A stretch of DNA of 64,000 nt from the human T2T-CHM13v2.0 reference genome, Homo sapiens. Position 1 is the first letter of the stretch. Each line of letters opens with the position of its first letter. Under the pieces are notes generated by a model. That model had not been told where the DNA came from. It ran no database searches and saw nothing but the letters and a program-made list of their open reading frames with translations. Location of the stretch: NCBI RefSeq assembly GCF_009914755.1, contig NC_060948.1. One strand, given 5' to 3'. Shown piece by piece: positions 47,166 through 64,000 of this stretch. Position numbers and translations under genes: made by a program.

Positions 47166-49272
47166 AGATCCATATTTTTTAAATGAAAAAAAATTTCAAA
47201 GGTACTCTGCTTGGTACAATAATCAAATGTATAAACTGAGGAATAAAACATAACCATGAAACCTACTTATAACTGCATATGGAAAATACAGAGGATAATT
47301 TTTTAAATAACATATTTTGAAAGCCTTAACTAGTAATTTGAAGGGCTGGCATTTGAAAGGCCTGTATGAATATACCTTCAAAGCAGCAACACAGGTTCCC
47401 CATGAGAAAAAGCAAACACAGGGAAAATAAAAACACAAAGGTTCAATCTCTTCTGACCTTTGAAAGACACAGCACAGACAGTGGTCCTTAGGACGAAGAG
47501 CAGGAGACCCCTAATTCCGTCACCATGGCGATAGGGCATAAACATTGCTGGGTGAGGGCACAATCCACATTGTGAGGTCCAACTGCTGCCAGGAAGACAG
47601 GAGTGCTTTTACATAGACCGAAAGGTCATTGAAGGCTCAGAGTTTTGTTTCAAGAACTGAATCCCAAGCCCACACGTTATTAGGCTGCGCTTCTTAAAAC
47701 AAGTTATGAGATGGGAAAAAGGGCACCCACAAACATACGTATACATTATGTATATAATAATATACAGTATCATATATATAATATATATAACCTATGTATA
47801 ATATTGTTTTACATCCTGCATCTTATGTTATATATATTGTATAAAATATAATAATTGATAATATATAAGTTTTATATTTATACAATATGACATATAGTAT
47901 ATATTATAATTTATGACATATATAATATATGTTATATATCATATATAGAATATATTATACGGTTAACATACGTATTAAATATAAATTATGCATTATATAT
48001 ATTATATATAATATATCTGTTATATATAATACCCATTATGCATAATATATATATTATGTCTATGTTATATATAGTATAAAACAACATATAATAATATATA
48101 ATTGTATATATAAAATGCGACATATAATATATATTATATTTTATAACATATGTAATATATATTATATATTATATATAATACGTTGTATGTATAATACCTA
48201 TATTAAATATATATTATATGACTATGTTATTAATTACATGTCACATGTGTTATATATTATATATTTTACATAGAATATACCGGTTACATACAATATATAC
48301 TATGTTACCAATAATGTATAATTTATTACATGTAAAATAAAGAATGCAATATATTATGTATAATTTATAATATACAATATGTGGAATGTGATATATATAA
48401 CATATAATATATGATATATGATATACAGTATATGATATATAACATACAATATATGATTCCTAATATATATGGTATACAATATATATTTTATGATATATAT
48501 TCTATATGTTTTATATTCTGTTATATTTAACTATTTGAAATTATATATAACTGTATAATATTTTATGTAAATATGTAATATAATATATATAACTATATAA
48601 TATATTATATATAACTATATATTATGTTATATATACTTTTATAACATAATTTACATAAAATATCATAATATAATATATATTATATTATTTCATATTACAT
48701 AATATATATTACATATCACCCAATATAACTAACATACATAATATTATAATATAGATTATATTGTGTTATATTAAATATCATATCTATCATGTATCATATA
48801 TTCTATAATATATATTACACATTATATAATATGTATGTTGTCTATTATGTGATATATATAACTATATATATAATTATATTTTTATACATATAACTAGATA
48901 AACATGTAATTCTACATATTTTCATTTATAATATGTAGAATTATATAATCATATATAATTATTTATATTCTATAAAAAATTTTATCATTATATAAATTAT
49001 AATATATAAAAATTATAATATGTACTACAAATATATATATATTATATATCATATATGATATAGTACCTTTGTTATATATCATAATACATATAAATGTGTA
49101 TTATGTTATCTATAATTATATAATTTCATATATAAGATGTATAATATGTATCATATATTATATATGTTATGTAATATATATAGTATATATAAGATGACAC
49201 AGGATAAATATTATATACTATGACATATAAAATATATGAGGTTATATGTTACATATAAGGCATAGCACATAA

Positions 49273-49587
<315 letters not shown>

Positions 49588-50686
49588 AGATCCATATTTT
49601 TTAAATGAAAAAAAATTTCAAAGGCACTCTGCTTGGTACAATAATCAAATGTATAAACTGAGGAATAAAACATAACCATGAAACCTACTTATAACTGCAT
49701 ATGGAAAATACAGAGGATAATTTTTTAAATAACATATTTTGAAAGCCTTAACTAGTAATTTGAAGAGTTGGCATTTGAAAGGCCAGTATGAATATACCTT
49801 CAAAGCAGCAACACAGGTTCCCCATGAGAAAAAGCAAACACAGGGAAAATAAAAACACAAAGGTTCAATCTCTTCTGACCTTTGAAAGACACAGCACAGA
49901 CAGTGGTCCTTAGGACGAAGAGCAGGAGACCCCTAATTCCGTCACCATGGCGATAGGGCATAAACATTGCTGGGTGAGGGCACAATCCACATTGTGAGGT
50001 CCAACTGCTGCCAGGAAGACAGGAGTGCTTTTACATAGACCGAAAGGTCATTGAAGGCTCAGAGTTTTGTTTCAAGAACTGAATCCCAAGCCCACACGTT
50101 ATTAGGCTGCGCTTCTTAAAACAAGTTATGAGATGGGAAAAAGGGCACCCACAAACATACGTATACATTATGTATATAATAATATACAGTATCATATATA
50201 TACTATATATAACCTATGTATAATATTGTTTTACATCCTGCATCTTATGTTATATATATTGTATAAAATATAATAATTGATAATATATAAGTTTTATAAT
50301 TATACAATATGACATATAGTATATATTATAATTTATGACATATATAATATATGTTATATATCATATATACAATATATTATACGGTTAATATACGTATTAA
50401 ATATAAATTATACATTATATATATTATATATAATATATCTGTTATATATAATACCCATTATGCATAATATATATATTATGTCTATGTTATATATAGTATA
50501 AAACAACATATAATAATATATAATTGTATATATAAAATGCGACATATAATATATATTATATTTTATAACATATGTAATATATATTATATATTATATATAA
50601 TACGTTGTATGTATAATACCTATATTAAATATATATTATATGACTATGTTATTAATTACATGTCACATGTGTTATATATTATATAT

Positions 50687-50723
50687 TTTACATAGAATAT
50701 GCCGGTTACATATTCTATGTAAA
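50687..50723. other. Perfect 15-bp inverted repeat (hairpin) at a deletion junction
   Basis: TTTACATAGAATATG (50687-50701), loop CCGGTTA, CATATTCTATGTAAA (50709-50723). Confidence 0.95.
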
Positions 50724-50998
50724 TCTTGTCCTGTTGCACAGGGTGGGGTACAATGGCGCCATCTTTGCTCACTGCAACTTCTGCCTCACGGGTCCAAGCG
50801 ATTGTCCTCCCTCAGCCTCCCAGGTAGCTGGGACTACACCACACTGGGACTACACCAGCTGCCACCATGCCTAGCTAATTTTTTGGATTTTTAGTAGTGA
50901 CAGCGTTTCACTGTATTGGCCAGGATGGTCTTGATCTCTTCACCTTGTGATCCCCTTGCCTTGGCCTCCAAATTTGCTGGGATTACAGGCCTGAGCCA
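50722..50998 (-). mobile_element. Tail-less Alu in the short (1411 bp) DYZ2 unit 16
   Basis: Begins at AATCTTGTCC; the T-tract and AGACAG were removed by a deletion. Confidence 0.95.
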
Positions 50999-53103
50999 AG
51001 ATCCATATTTTTTAAATGAAAAAAAATTTCAAAGGTACTCTGCTTGGTACAATAATCAAATGTACAAACTGAGGAATAAAACATAACCATGAAACCTACT
51101 TATAACTGCATATGGAAAATACAGAGGATAATTTTTTAAATAACATATTTTGAAAGCCTTAACTAGTAATTTGAAGAGGTGGCATTTGAAAGGCCAGTAT
51201 GAATATACCTTCAAAGCAGCAACACAGGTTCCCCATGAGAAAAAGCAAACACAGGGAAAATAAAAACACAAAGGTTCAATCTCTTCTGACCTTTGAAAGA
51301 CACAGCACAGACAGTGGTCCTTAGGACGAAGAGCAGGAGACCCCTAATTCCGTCACCATGGCGATAGGGCATAAACATTGCTGGGTGAGGGCACAATCCA
51401 CATTGTGAGGTCCAAGTGCTGCCAGGAAGACAGGAGTGCTTTTACATAGACCGAAAGGTCATTGAAGGCTCAGAGTTTTGTTTCAAGAACTGAATCCCAA
51501 GCCCACACGTTATTAGGCTGCGCTTCTTAAAACAAGTTATGAGATGGGAAAAAGGGCACCCACAAACATACGTATACATTATGTATATAATAATATACAG
51601 TATCATATATATAATATATATAACCTATGTATAATATTGTTTTACATCCTGCATCTTATGTTATATATATTGTATAAAATATAATAATTGATAATATATA
51701 AGTTTTATAATTATACAATATGACATATAGTATATATTATAATTTATGACATATATAATATATGTTATATATCATATATAGAGTATATTATACGGTTAAT
51801 ATACGTATTAAATATAAATTATACATTATATATATTGTATATAATATATCTGTTATATATAACACCCATTATGCATAATATATATATTATGTCTATGTTA
51901 TATATAGTATAAAACAACATATAATAATATATAATTGTATATATAAAATGCGACATATAATATATATTATATTTTATAACATATGTAATATATGTTATAT
52001 ATTATATATAATACGTTGAATGTATAATACCTATATTAAATATATATTATATGACTATGTTATTAATTACATGTCACATGTGTTATATATTATATATTTT
52101 ACATAGAATATACCGGTTACATACAATATATACTATGTTACCTATAATGTATAATTTATTACATGTAAAATAAAGAATGCAATATATTATGTATAATTTA
52201 TAATATACAATATGTGGAATGTGATATATATAACATATAATATATGATATATGATATACAGTATATGATATATAACATACAATATATGATTCCTAATATA
52301 TATGGTATACAATATATATTTTATGATATGTATTCTATATGTTTTATATTCTGTCATATATAACTATTTGAAATTATATATAACTGTATAATATTTTATG
52401 TAAATATGTAATATAATATATATAACTATATAATATATTATATATAACTATATATTATGTTATATATACTTTTATAACATTATTTACATAAAATATCATA
52501 ATATAATATATATTATATTATTTCATATTACATAATATATATTACATATCACCCAATATAACTAACATACATAATATTATAATATAGATTATATTATGTT
52601 ATATTAAATATCATATATATCATGTATCATATATTCTATAATATATATTACACATTATATAATATGTATGTTGTCTATTATGTGATATATATAACTATAT
52701 ATATAATTATATTTTTATACATATAACTAGATAAACATGTAATTCTACATATTTTCATTTATAATATGTAGAATTATATAATCATATATAATTATTTATA
52801 TTCTATAAAAAATTTTATCATTATATAAATTATAATATATAAAAATTATAATATGTACTACAAATATATATATTATATATCATATATGATATAGTACCTT
52901 TGTTATATATCATAATACATATAAATGTGTATTATGTTATCTATAATTATATAATTTCATATATAAGATGTATAATATGTATCATATATTATATATGTTA
53001 TGTAATATATATAGTATATATAAGATGACACAGGATAAATATTATATACTATGACATATAAAATATATGAGGTTATAGGTTACATATAAGGCATAGCACA
53101 TAA

Positions 53104-53418
<315 letters not shown>

Positions 53419-55523
53419 AGATCCATATTTTTTAAATGAAAAAAAATTTCAAAGGTACTCTGCTTGGTACAATAATCAAATGTATAAACTGAGGAATAAA
53501 ACATAACCATGAAACCTACTTATAACTGCATATGGAAAATACAGAGGATAATTTTTTAAATAACATATTTTGAAAGCCTTAACTAGTAATTTGAAGAGTT
53601 GGCATTTGAAAGGCCAGTATGAATATACCTTCAAAGCAGCAACACAGGTTCCCCATGAGAAAAAGCAAACACAGGGAAAATAAAAACACAAAGGTTCAAT
53701 CTCTTCTGACCTTTGAAAGACACAGCACAGACAGTGGTCCTTAGGACGAAGAGCAGGAGACCCCTAATTCCGTCACCATGGCGATAGGGCATAAACATTG
53801 CTGGGTGAGGGCACAATCCACATTGTGAGGTCCAACTGCTGCCAGGAAGACAGGAGTGCTTTTACATAGACCGAAAGGTCATTGAAGGCTCAGAGTTTTG
53901 TTTCAAGAACTGAATCCCAAGCCCACACGTTATTAGGCTGCGCTTCTTAAAACAAGTGATGAGATGGGAAAAAGGGCACCCACAAACATACGTATACATT
54001 ATGTATATAATAATATACAGTATCATATATATAATATATATAACCTATGTATAATATTGTTTTACATCCTGCATCTTATGTTATATATATTGTATAAAAT
54101 ATAATAATTGATAATATATAAGTTTTATAATTATACAATATGACATATAGTATATATTATAATTTATGACATATATAATATATGTTATATATCATATATA
54201 GAGTATATTATACGGTTAAAATACGTATTAAATATAAATTATACATTATATATATTATATATAATATATCTGTTATATATAATACCCATTATGCATAATA
54301 TATATATTATGTCTATGTTATATATAGTATAAAACAACATATAATAATATATAATTGTATATATAAAATGCGACATATAATATATATTATATTTTATAAC
54401 ATATGTAATATATATTATATATTATATATAATACGTTGTATGTATAATACCTATATTAAATATATATTATATGACTATGTTATTAATTACATGTCACATG
54501 TGTTATATATTATATATTTTACATAGAATATACCGGTAACATACAATATATACTATGTTACCTATAATGTATAATTTATTACATGTAAAATAAAGAATGC
54601 AATATATTATGTATAATTTATAATATACCATATGTGGAATGTGATATATATAACATATAATATATGATATATGATATACAGTATATGATATATAACATAC
54701 AATATATGATTCCTAATATATATGGTATACAATATATATTTTATGATATGTGTTCTATATGTTTTATATTCTGTTATATATAACTATTTGAAATTATATA
54801 TAACTGTATAATATTTTATGTAAATATGTAATATAATATATATAACTATATAATATATTATATATAACTATATATTATGTTATGTATACTTTTATAACAT
54901 TATTTATATAAAATATCATAATATAATATATATTATATTATTTCATATTACATAATATATATTACATATCACCCAATATAACTAACATACATAATATTAT
55001 AATATAGATTATATTATGTTATATTAAATATCATATATATCATGTATCATATATTCTATAATATATATTACACATTATATAATATGTATGTTGTCTACTA
55101 TGTGATATATATAACTATATATATAATTATATTTTTATACATATAACTAGATAAACATGTAATTCTACATATTTTCATTTATAATATGTAGAATTATATA
55201 ATCATATATAATTATTTATATTCTATAAAAAATTTTATCATTATATAAATTATAATATATAAAAATTATAATATGTACTACAAATATATATATTATATAT
55301 CATATATGATATAGTACCTTTGTTATATATCATAATACATATAAATGTGTATTATGTTATCTATAATTATATAATTTCATATATAAGATGTATAATATGT
55401 ATCATATATTATATATGTTATGTAATATATATAGTATATATCAGATGACACAGGATAAATATTATATACTATGACATATAAAATATATGAGGTTATATGT
55501 TACATATAAGGCATAGCACATAA

Positions 55524-55838
<315 letters not shown>

Positions 55839-57943
55839 AGATCCATATTTTTTAAATGAAAAAAAATTTCAAAGGTACTCTGCTTGGTACAATAATCAAA
55901 TGTATAAACTGAGGAATAAAACATAACCATGAAACCTACTTATAACTGCATATGGAAAATACAGAGGATAATTTTTTAAATAACATATTTTGAAAGCCTT
56001 AACTAGTAATTTGAAGAGTTGGCATTTGAAAGGCCAGTATGAATATACCTTCAAAGCAGCAACACAGGTTCCCCATGAGAAAAAGCAAACACAGGGAAAA
56101 TAAAAACACAAAGGTTCAATCTCTTCTGACCTTTGAAAGACACAGCACAGACAGTGGTCCTTAGGACGAAGAGCAGGAGACCCCTAATTCCGTCACCATG
56201 GCGATAGGGCATAAACATTGCTGGGTGAGGGCACAATCCACATTGTGAGGTCCAACTGCTGCCAGGAAGACAGGAGTGCTTTTACATAGACCGAAAGGTC
56301 ATTGAAGGCTCAGAGTTTTGTTTCAAGAACTGAATCCCAAGCCCACACGTTATTAGGCTGCGCTTCTTAAAACAAGTTATGAGATGGGAAAAAGGGCACC
56401 CACAAACATACGTATACATTATGTATATAATAATATACAGTATCATATATATAATATATATAACCTATGTATAATATTGTTTTACATCCTGCATCTTATG
56501 TTATATATATTGTATAAAATATAATAATTGATAATATATAAGTTTTATAATTATACAATATGACATATAGTATATATTATAATTTATGACATATATAATA
56601 TATGTTATATATCATATATAGAATATATTATACCGTTAATATACGTATTAAATATAAATTATACATTATATATATTACATATAATATATCTGTTATATAT
56701 AATACCCATTATGCATAATATATATATTATGTCTATGTTATATATAGTATAAAACAACATATAATAATATATAATTGTATATATAAAATGCGACATATAA
56801 TATATATTATATTTTATAACATATGTAATATATATTATATATTATATATAATACGTTGTATGTATAATACCTATATTAAATATATATTATATGACTATGT
56901 TATTAATTACATGTCACATGTGTTATATATTATATATTTTACATAGAATATACCGGTTACATACAATATATACTATGTTACCTATAATGTATAATTTATT
57001 ACATGTAAAATAAAGAATGCAATATATTATGTATAATTTATAATATACCATATGTGGAATGTGATATATATAACATATAATATATGATATATGATGTACA
57101 GTATATGATATATAACATACAATATATGATTCCTAATATATATGGTATACAATATATATTTTATGATATGTATTCTATATGTTTTATATTCTGTTATATA
57201 TAACTATTTGAAATTATATATAACTGTATAATATTTTATGTAAATATGTAATATAATATATATAACTATATAATATATTATATATAACTATATATTATGT
57301 TATATATACTTTTATAACATAATTTACATAAAATATCATAATATAATATATATTATATTATTTCATATTACATAATATATATTAGATATCACCCAATATA
57401 ACTAACATACATAATATTATAATATACATTATATTATGTTATATTAAATATCATATATATCATGTATCATATATTCTATAATATATATTACACATTATAT
57501 AATATGTATGTTGTCTATTATGTGATATATATAACTATATATATAATTATATTTTTATACATATAACTAGATAAACATGTAATTCTACATATTTTCATTT
57601 ATAATATGTAGAATTATATAATCATATATAATTATTTATATTCTATAAAAAATTTTATCATTATATAAATTATAATATATAAAATTTATAATATGTACTA
57701 CAAATATATATATTATATATCATATATGATATAGTACCTTTGTTATATATCATAATACATATAAATGTGTATTATGTTATCTATAATTATATAATTTCAT
57801 ATATAAGATGTATAATATGTATCATACATTATATATGTTATGTAATATATATAGTATATATAAGATGACACAGGATAAATATTATATACTATGACATATA
57901 AAATATATGAGGTTATATGTTACATATAAGGCATAGCACATAA

Positions 57944-58258
<315 letters not shown>

Positions 58259-60386
58259 AGATCCATATTTTTTAAATGAAAAAAAATTTCAAAGGTACTC
58301 TGCTTGGTACAATAATCAAATGTATAAACTGAGGAATAAAACATAACCATGAAACCTACTTATAACTGCATATGGAAAATACAGAGGATAATTTTTTAAA
58401 TAACATATTTTGAAAGCCTTAACTAGTAATTTGAAGAGTTGGCATTTGAAAGGCCAGTATGAATATACCTTCAAAGCAGCAACACAGGTTCCCCATGAGA
58501 AAAAGCAAACACAGGGAAAATAAAAACACAAAGGTTCAATCTCTTCTGACCTTTGAAAGACACAGCACAGACAGTGGTCCTTAGGACGAAGAGCAGGAGA
58601 CCCCTAATTCCGTCACCATGGCGATAGGGCATAAACATTGCTGGGTGAGGGCACAATCCACATTGTGAGGTCCAACTGCTGCCAGGAAGACAGGAGTGCT
58701 TTTACATAGACCGAAAGGTCATTGAAGGCTCAGAGTTTTGTTTCAAGAACTGAATCCCAAGCCCACACGTTATTAGGCTGCGCTTCTTAAAACAACTTAT
58801 GAGATGGGAAAAAGGGCACCCACAAACATACGTATACATTATGTATATAATAATATACAGTATCATATATATAATATATATAACCTATGTATAATATTGT
58901 TTTACATCCTGCATCTTATGTTATATATATTGTATAAAATATAATAATTGATAATATATAAGTTTTATAATTATACAATATGACATATAGTATATATTAT
59001 AATTTATGACATATATAATATATGTTATATATCATATATAGAATATATTATACGGTTAATATACGTATTAAATATAAATTATACATTATATATATTATAT
59101 ATAATATATCTGTTATATATAATACCCATTATGCATAATATATATATTATGTCTATGTTATATATAGTATAAAACAACATATAATAATATATAATTGTAT
59201 ATATAAAATGCGACATATAATATATATTATATTTTATAACATATGTAATATATATTATATATTATATATAATACGTTGTATGTATAATACCTATATAAAA
59301 TATATATTATATGACTATGTTATTAATTACATGTCACATGTGTTATATATTATATATTTTACATAGAATATACCGGTTACATACAATATATACTATGTTA
59401 CCTATAATGTATAATTTATTACATGTAAAATAAAGAATGCAATATATTATGTATAATTTATAATATACCATATGTGGAATGTGATATATATAACATATAA
59501 TATATGATATATGATGTACAGTATATGATATATAACATACAATATATGATTCCTAATATATATGGTATACAATATATATTTTATGATATGTATTCTATAT
59601 GTTTTATATTCTGTTATATATAACTATTTGAAATTATATATAACTGTATAATATTTTATGTAAATATGTAATATAATATATATAACTATATAATATATTA
59701 TATATAACTATATATTATGTTATATATACTTTTATAACATAATTTACATAAAATATCATAATATAATATATATTATATTATTTCATATTACATAATATAT
59801 ATTACATATCACCCAATAAAACTAACATACATAATATTATAATATACATTATATTATGTTATATTAAATATCATATATATCATGTATCATATATTCTATA
59901 ATATATATTACACATTATATAATATGCATGTTGTCTATTATGTGATATATATAACTATATATATAATTATATTTTTATACATATAACTAGATAAACATGT
60001 AATTCTACATATTTTCATTTATAATATGTAGAATTATATAATCATATATAATTATTTATATTCTATAAAAAATTTTATCACTATATAAATTATAATATAT
60101 AAAAATTATAATATGTACTACAAATATATATATTATATATCATATATGATATAGTACCTTTGTTATATATCATAATACATATAAATGTGTATTATGTTAT
60201 CTATAATTATATAATTTCATATATAAGATGTATAATATGTATCATATATTATATATGTTATGTAATATATATAGTATATATAAGATGACACAGGATAAAT
60301 ATTATATACTATGACATATAAAATATATGAGGTTATATGTTACATATAAGGCATAGCACATAACATGTAATATGTATCATATATAA

Positions 60387-60678
60387 TTTTTTTTAAGACA
60401 GAATCTTGTCCTGTTGCACAGGGTGGGGTACAATGGCGCCATCTTTGCTCACTGCAACTTCTGCCTCACGGGTCCAAGCGATTGTCTTCCCTCAGCCTCC
60501 CAGGTAGCTGGGACTACACCACACTGGGACTACACCAGCTGCCACCATGCCTAGCTAATTTTTTGGATTTTTAGTAGTGACAGCGTTTCACTGTATTGGC
60601 CAGGATGGTCTTGATCTCTTCACCTTGTGATCCCCTTGCCTTGGCCTCCAAATTTGCTGGGATTACAGGCCTGAGCCA
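60387..60678 (-). mobile_element. Diverged Alu, DYZ2 unit 20
   Basis: Near-identical copy. Confidence 0.95.
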
Positions 60679-62804
60679 AGATCCATATTTTTTAAATGAA
60701 AAAAAATTTCAAAGGTACTCTGCTTGGTACAATAATCAAATGTATAAACTGAGGAATAAAACATAACCATGAAACCTACTTATAACTGCATATGGAAAAT
60801 ACAGAGGATAATTTTTTAAATAACATATTTTGAAAGCCTTAACTAGTAATTTGAAGAGTTGGCATTTGAAAGGCCAGTATGAATATACCTTCAAAGCAGC
60901 AACACAGGTTCCCCATGAGAAAAAGCAAACACAGGGAAAATAAAAACACAAAGGTTCAATCTCTTCTGACCTTTGAAAGACACAGCACAGACAGTGGTCC
61001 TTAGGACGAAGAGCAGGAGACCCCTAATTCCGTCACCATGGCGATACGGCATAAACATTGCTGGGTGAGGGCACAATCCACATTGTGAGGTCCAACTGCT
61101 GCCAGGAAGACAGGAGTGCTTTTACATAGACCGAAAGGTCATTGAAGGCTCAGAGTTTTGTTTCAAGAACTGAATCCCAAGCCCACACGTTATTAGGCTG
61201 CGCTTCTTAAAACAAGTTATGAGATGGGAAAAAGGGCACCCACAAACATACGTATACATTATGTATATAATAATATACAGTATTATATATATAATATATA
61301 TAACCTATGTATAATATTGTTTTACATCCTGCATCTTATGTTATATATATTGTATAAAATATAATAATTGATAATATATAAGTTTTATAATTATACAATA
61401 TGACATATAGTATATATTATAATTTATGACATATATAATATATGTTATATATCATATATAGAATATATTATACGGTTAATATACGTATTAAATATAAATT
61501 ATACATTATATATATTATATATAATATATCTGTTATATATAATACCCATTATGCATAATATATATATTATGTCTATGTTATATATAGTATTAAACAACAT
61601 ATAATAATATATAATTGTATATATAAAATGCGACATATAATATATATTATATTTTATAACATATGTAATATATATTATATATTATATATAATACGTTGTA
61701 TGTATAATACCTATATTAAATATATATTATATGACTATGTTATTAATTACATGTCACATGTGTTATATATTATATATTTTACATAGAATATACCGGTTAC
61801 ATACAATATATACTATGTTACCTATAATGTATAATTTATTACATGTAAAATAAAGAATGCAATATATTATGTATAATTTATAATATACCATATGTGGAAT
61901 GTGATATATATAACATATAATATATGATATATGATGTACAGTATATGATATATAACATACAATATATGATTCCTAATATATATGGTATACAATATATATT
62001 TTATGATATGTATTCTATATGTTTTATATTCTGTTATATATAACTATTTGAAATTATATATAACAGTATAATATTTTATGTAAATATGTAATATAATATA
62101 TATAACTATATAATATATTATATATAACTATATATTATGTTATATATACTTTTATAACATAATTTACATAAAATATCATAATATAATATATATTATATTA
62201 TTTCATATTACATAATATATATTACATATCACCCAATATAACTAACATACAAAATATTATAATATACATTATATTATGTTATATTAAATATCATATATAT
62301 CATGTATCATATATTCTATAATATATATTACACATTATATAATATGCATGTTGTCTATTATGTGATATATATAACTATATATATAATTATATTTTTATAC
62401 ATATAACTAGATAAACATGTAATTCTACATATTTTCATTTATAATATGTAGAATTATATAATCATATATAATTATTTATATTCTATAAAAAATTTTATCA
62501 TTATATAAATTATAATATATAAAAATTATAATATGTACTACAAATATATATATTATATATCATATGATATAGTACCTTTGTTATATATCATAATACATAT
62601 AAATGTGTATTATGTTATCTATAATTATATAATTTCATATATAAGATGTATAATATGTATCATATATTATATATGTTATGTAATATATATAGTATATATA
62701 AGATGACACAGGATAAATATTATATACTATGACATATAAAATATATGAGGTTATATGTTACATATAAGGCATAGCACATAACATGTAATATGTATCATAT
62801 ATAA

Positions 62805-63096
62805 TTTTTTTTTAGACAGAATCTTGTCCTGTTGCACAGGGTGGGGTACAATGGCGCCATCTTTGCTCACTGCAACTTCTGCCTCACGGGTCCAAGCGAT
62901 TGTCTTCTCTCAGCCTCCCAGGTAGCTGGGACTACACCACACTGGGACTACACCAGCTGCCACCATGCCTAGCTAATTTTTTGGATTTTTAGTAGTGACA
63001 GCGTTTCACTGTATTGGCCAGGATGGTCTTGATCTCTTCACCTTGTGATCCCCTTGCCTTGGCCTCCAAATTTGCTGGGATTACAGGCCTGAGCCA
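62805..63096 (-). mobile_element. Diverged Alu, DYZ2 unit 21
   Basis: Near-identical copy. Confidence 0.95.
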
Positions 63097-64000
63097 AGAT
63101 CCATATTTTTTAAATGAAAAAAAATTTCAAAGGTACTCTGCTTGGTACAATAATCAAATGTATAAACTGAGGAATAAAACATAACCATGAAACCTACTTA
63201 TAACTGCATATGGAAAATACAGAGGATAATTTTTTAAATAACATATTTTGAAAGCCTTAACTAGTAATTTGAAGAGTTGGCATTTGAAAGGCCAGTATGA
63301 ATATACCTTCAAAGCAGCAACACAGGTTCCCCATGAGAAAAAGCAAACACAGGGAAAATAAAAACACAAAGGTTCAATCTCTTCTGACCTTTGAAAGACA
63401 CAGCACAGACAGTGGTCCTTAGGACGAAGAGCAGGAGACCCCTAATTCCGTCACCATGGCGATACGGCATAAACATTGCTGGGTGAGGGCACAATCCACA
63501 TTGTGAGGTCCAACTGCTGCCAGGAAGACAGGAGTGCTTTTACATAGACCGAAAGGTCATTGAAGGCTCAGAGTTTTGTTTCAAGAACTGAATCCCAAGC
63601 CCACACGTTATTAGGCTGCGCTTCTTAAAACAAGTTATGAGATGGGAAAAAGGGCACCCACAAACATACGTATACATTATGTATATAATAATATACAGTA
63701 TCATATATATAATATATATAACCTATGTATAATATTGTTTTACATCCTGCATCTTATGTTATATATATTGTATAAAATATAATAATTGATAATATATAAG
63801 TTTTATAAGTATACAATATGACATATAGTATATATTATAATTTATGACATATATAATATATGTTATATATCATATATAGAATATATTATACGGTTAATAT
63901 ACGTATTAAATATAAATTATACATTATATATATTATATATAATATATCTGTTATATATAATACCCATTATGCATAATATATATATTATGTCTATGTTATA

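Noticed and set aside
50640-50894. 84-aa ORF unique to the short unit
   Set aside because: Chance fusion of the AT block and antisense Alu across the deletion junction.

Overview
Non-coding satellite DNA matching human (or close hominid) Yq12 heterochromatin, spanning a boundary between two arrays. Bases 1-14701 are the DYZ1/HSat3 array: diverged (GGAAT)n in ~3.53-3.56 kb higher-order units with one EcoRI and one HaeIII site each. Bases 14702-64000 are the DYZ2/HSat1B array: ~2.42 kb composite units made of an AT-rich block, a minus-strand diverged Alu and an HSATI segment, with 21 Alu copies. I see no credible protein-coding or RNA gene; all ORFs are repeat artefacts, and I find no new gene system. 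The most notable signals are structural. (1) The ~1.5 kb AT-rich block of DYZ2 looks like a decayed large palindrome (PATRR-like). (2) A 1411-bp short DYZ2 unit has a fold-back templated insertion forming a perfect 15-bp hairpin at its deletion junction. (3) An inverted 23-bp filler sits at the DYZ1/DYZ2 junction. (4) A 4836-bp dimer duplication has a breakpoint that resolves to 9 bp. All comparisons were made by eye and need computational confirmation.
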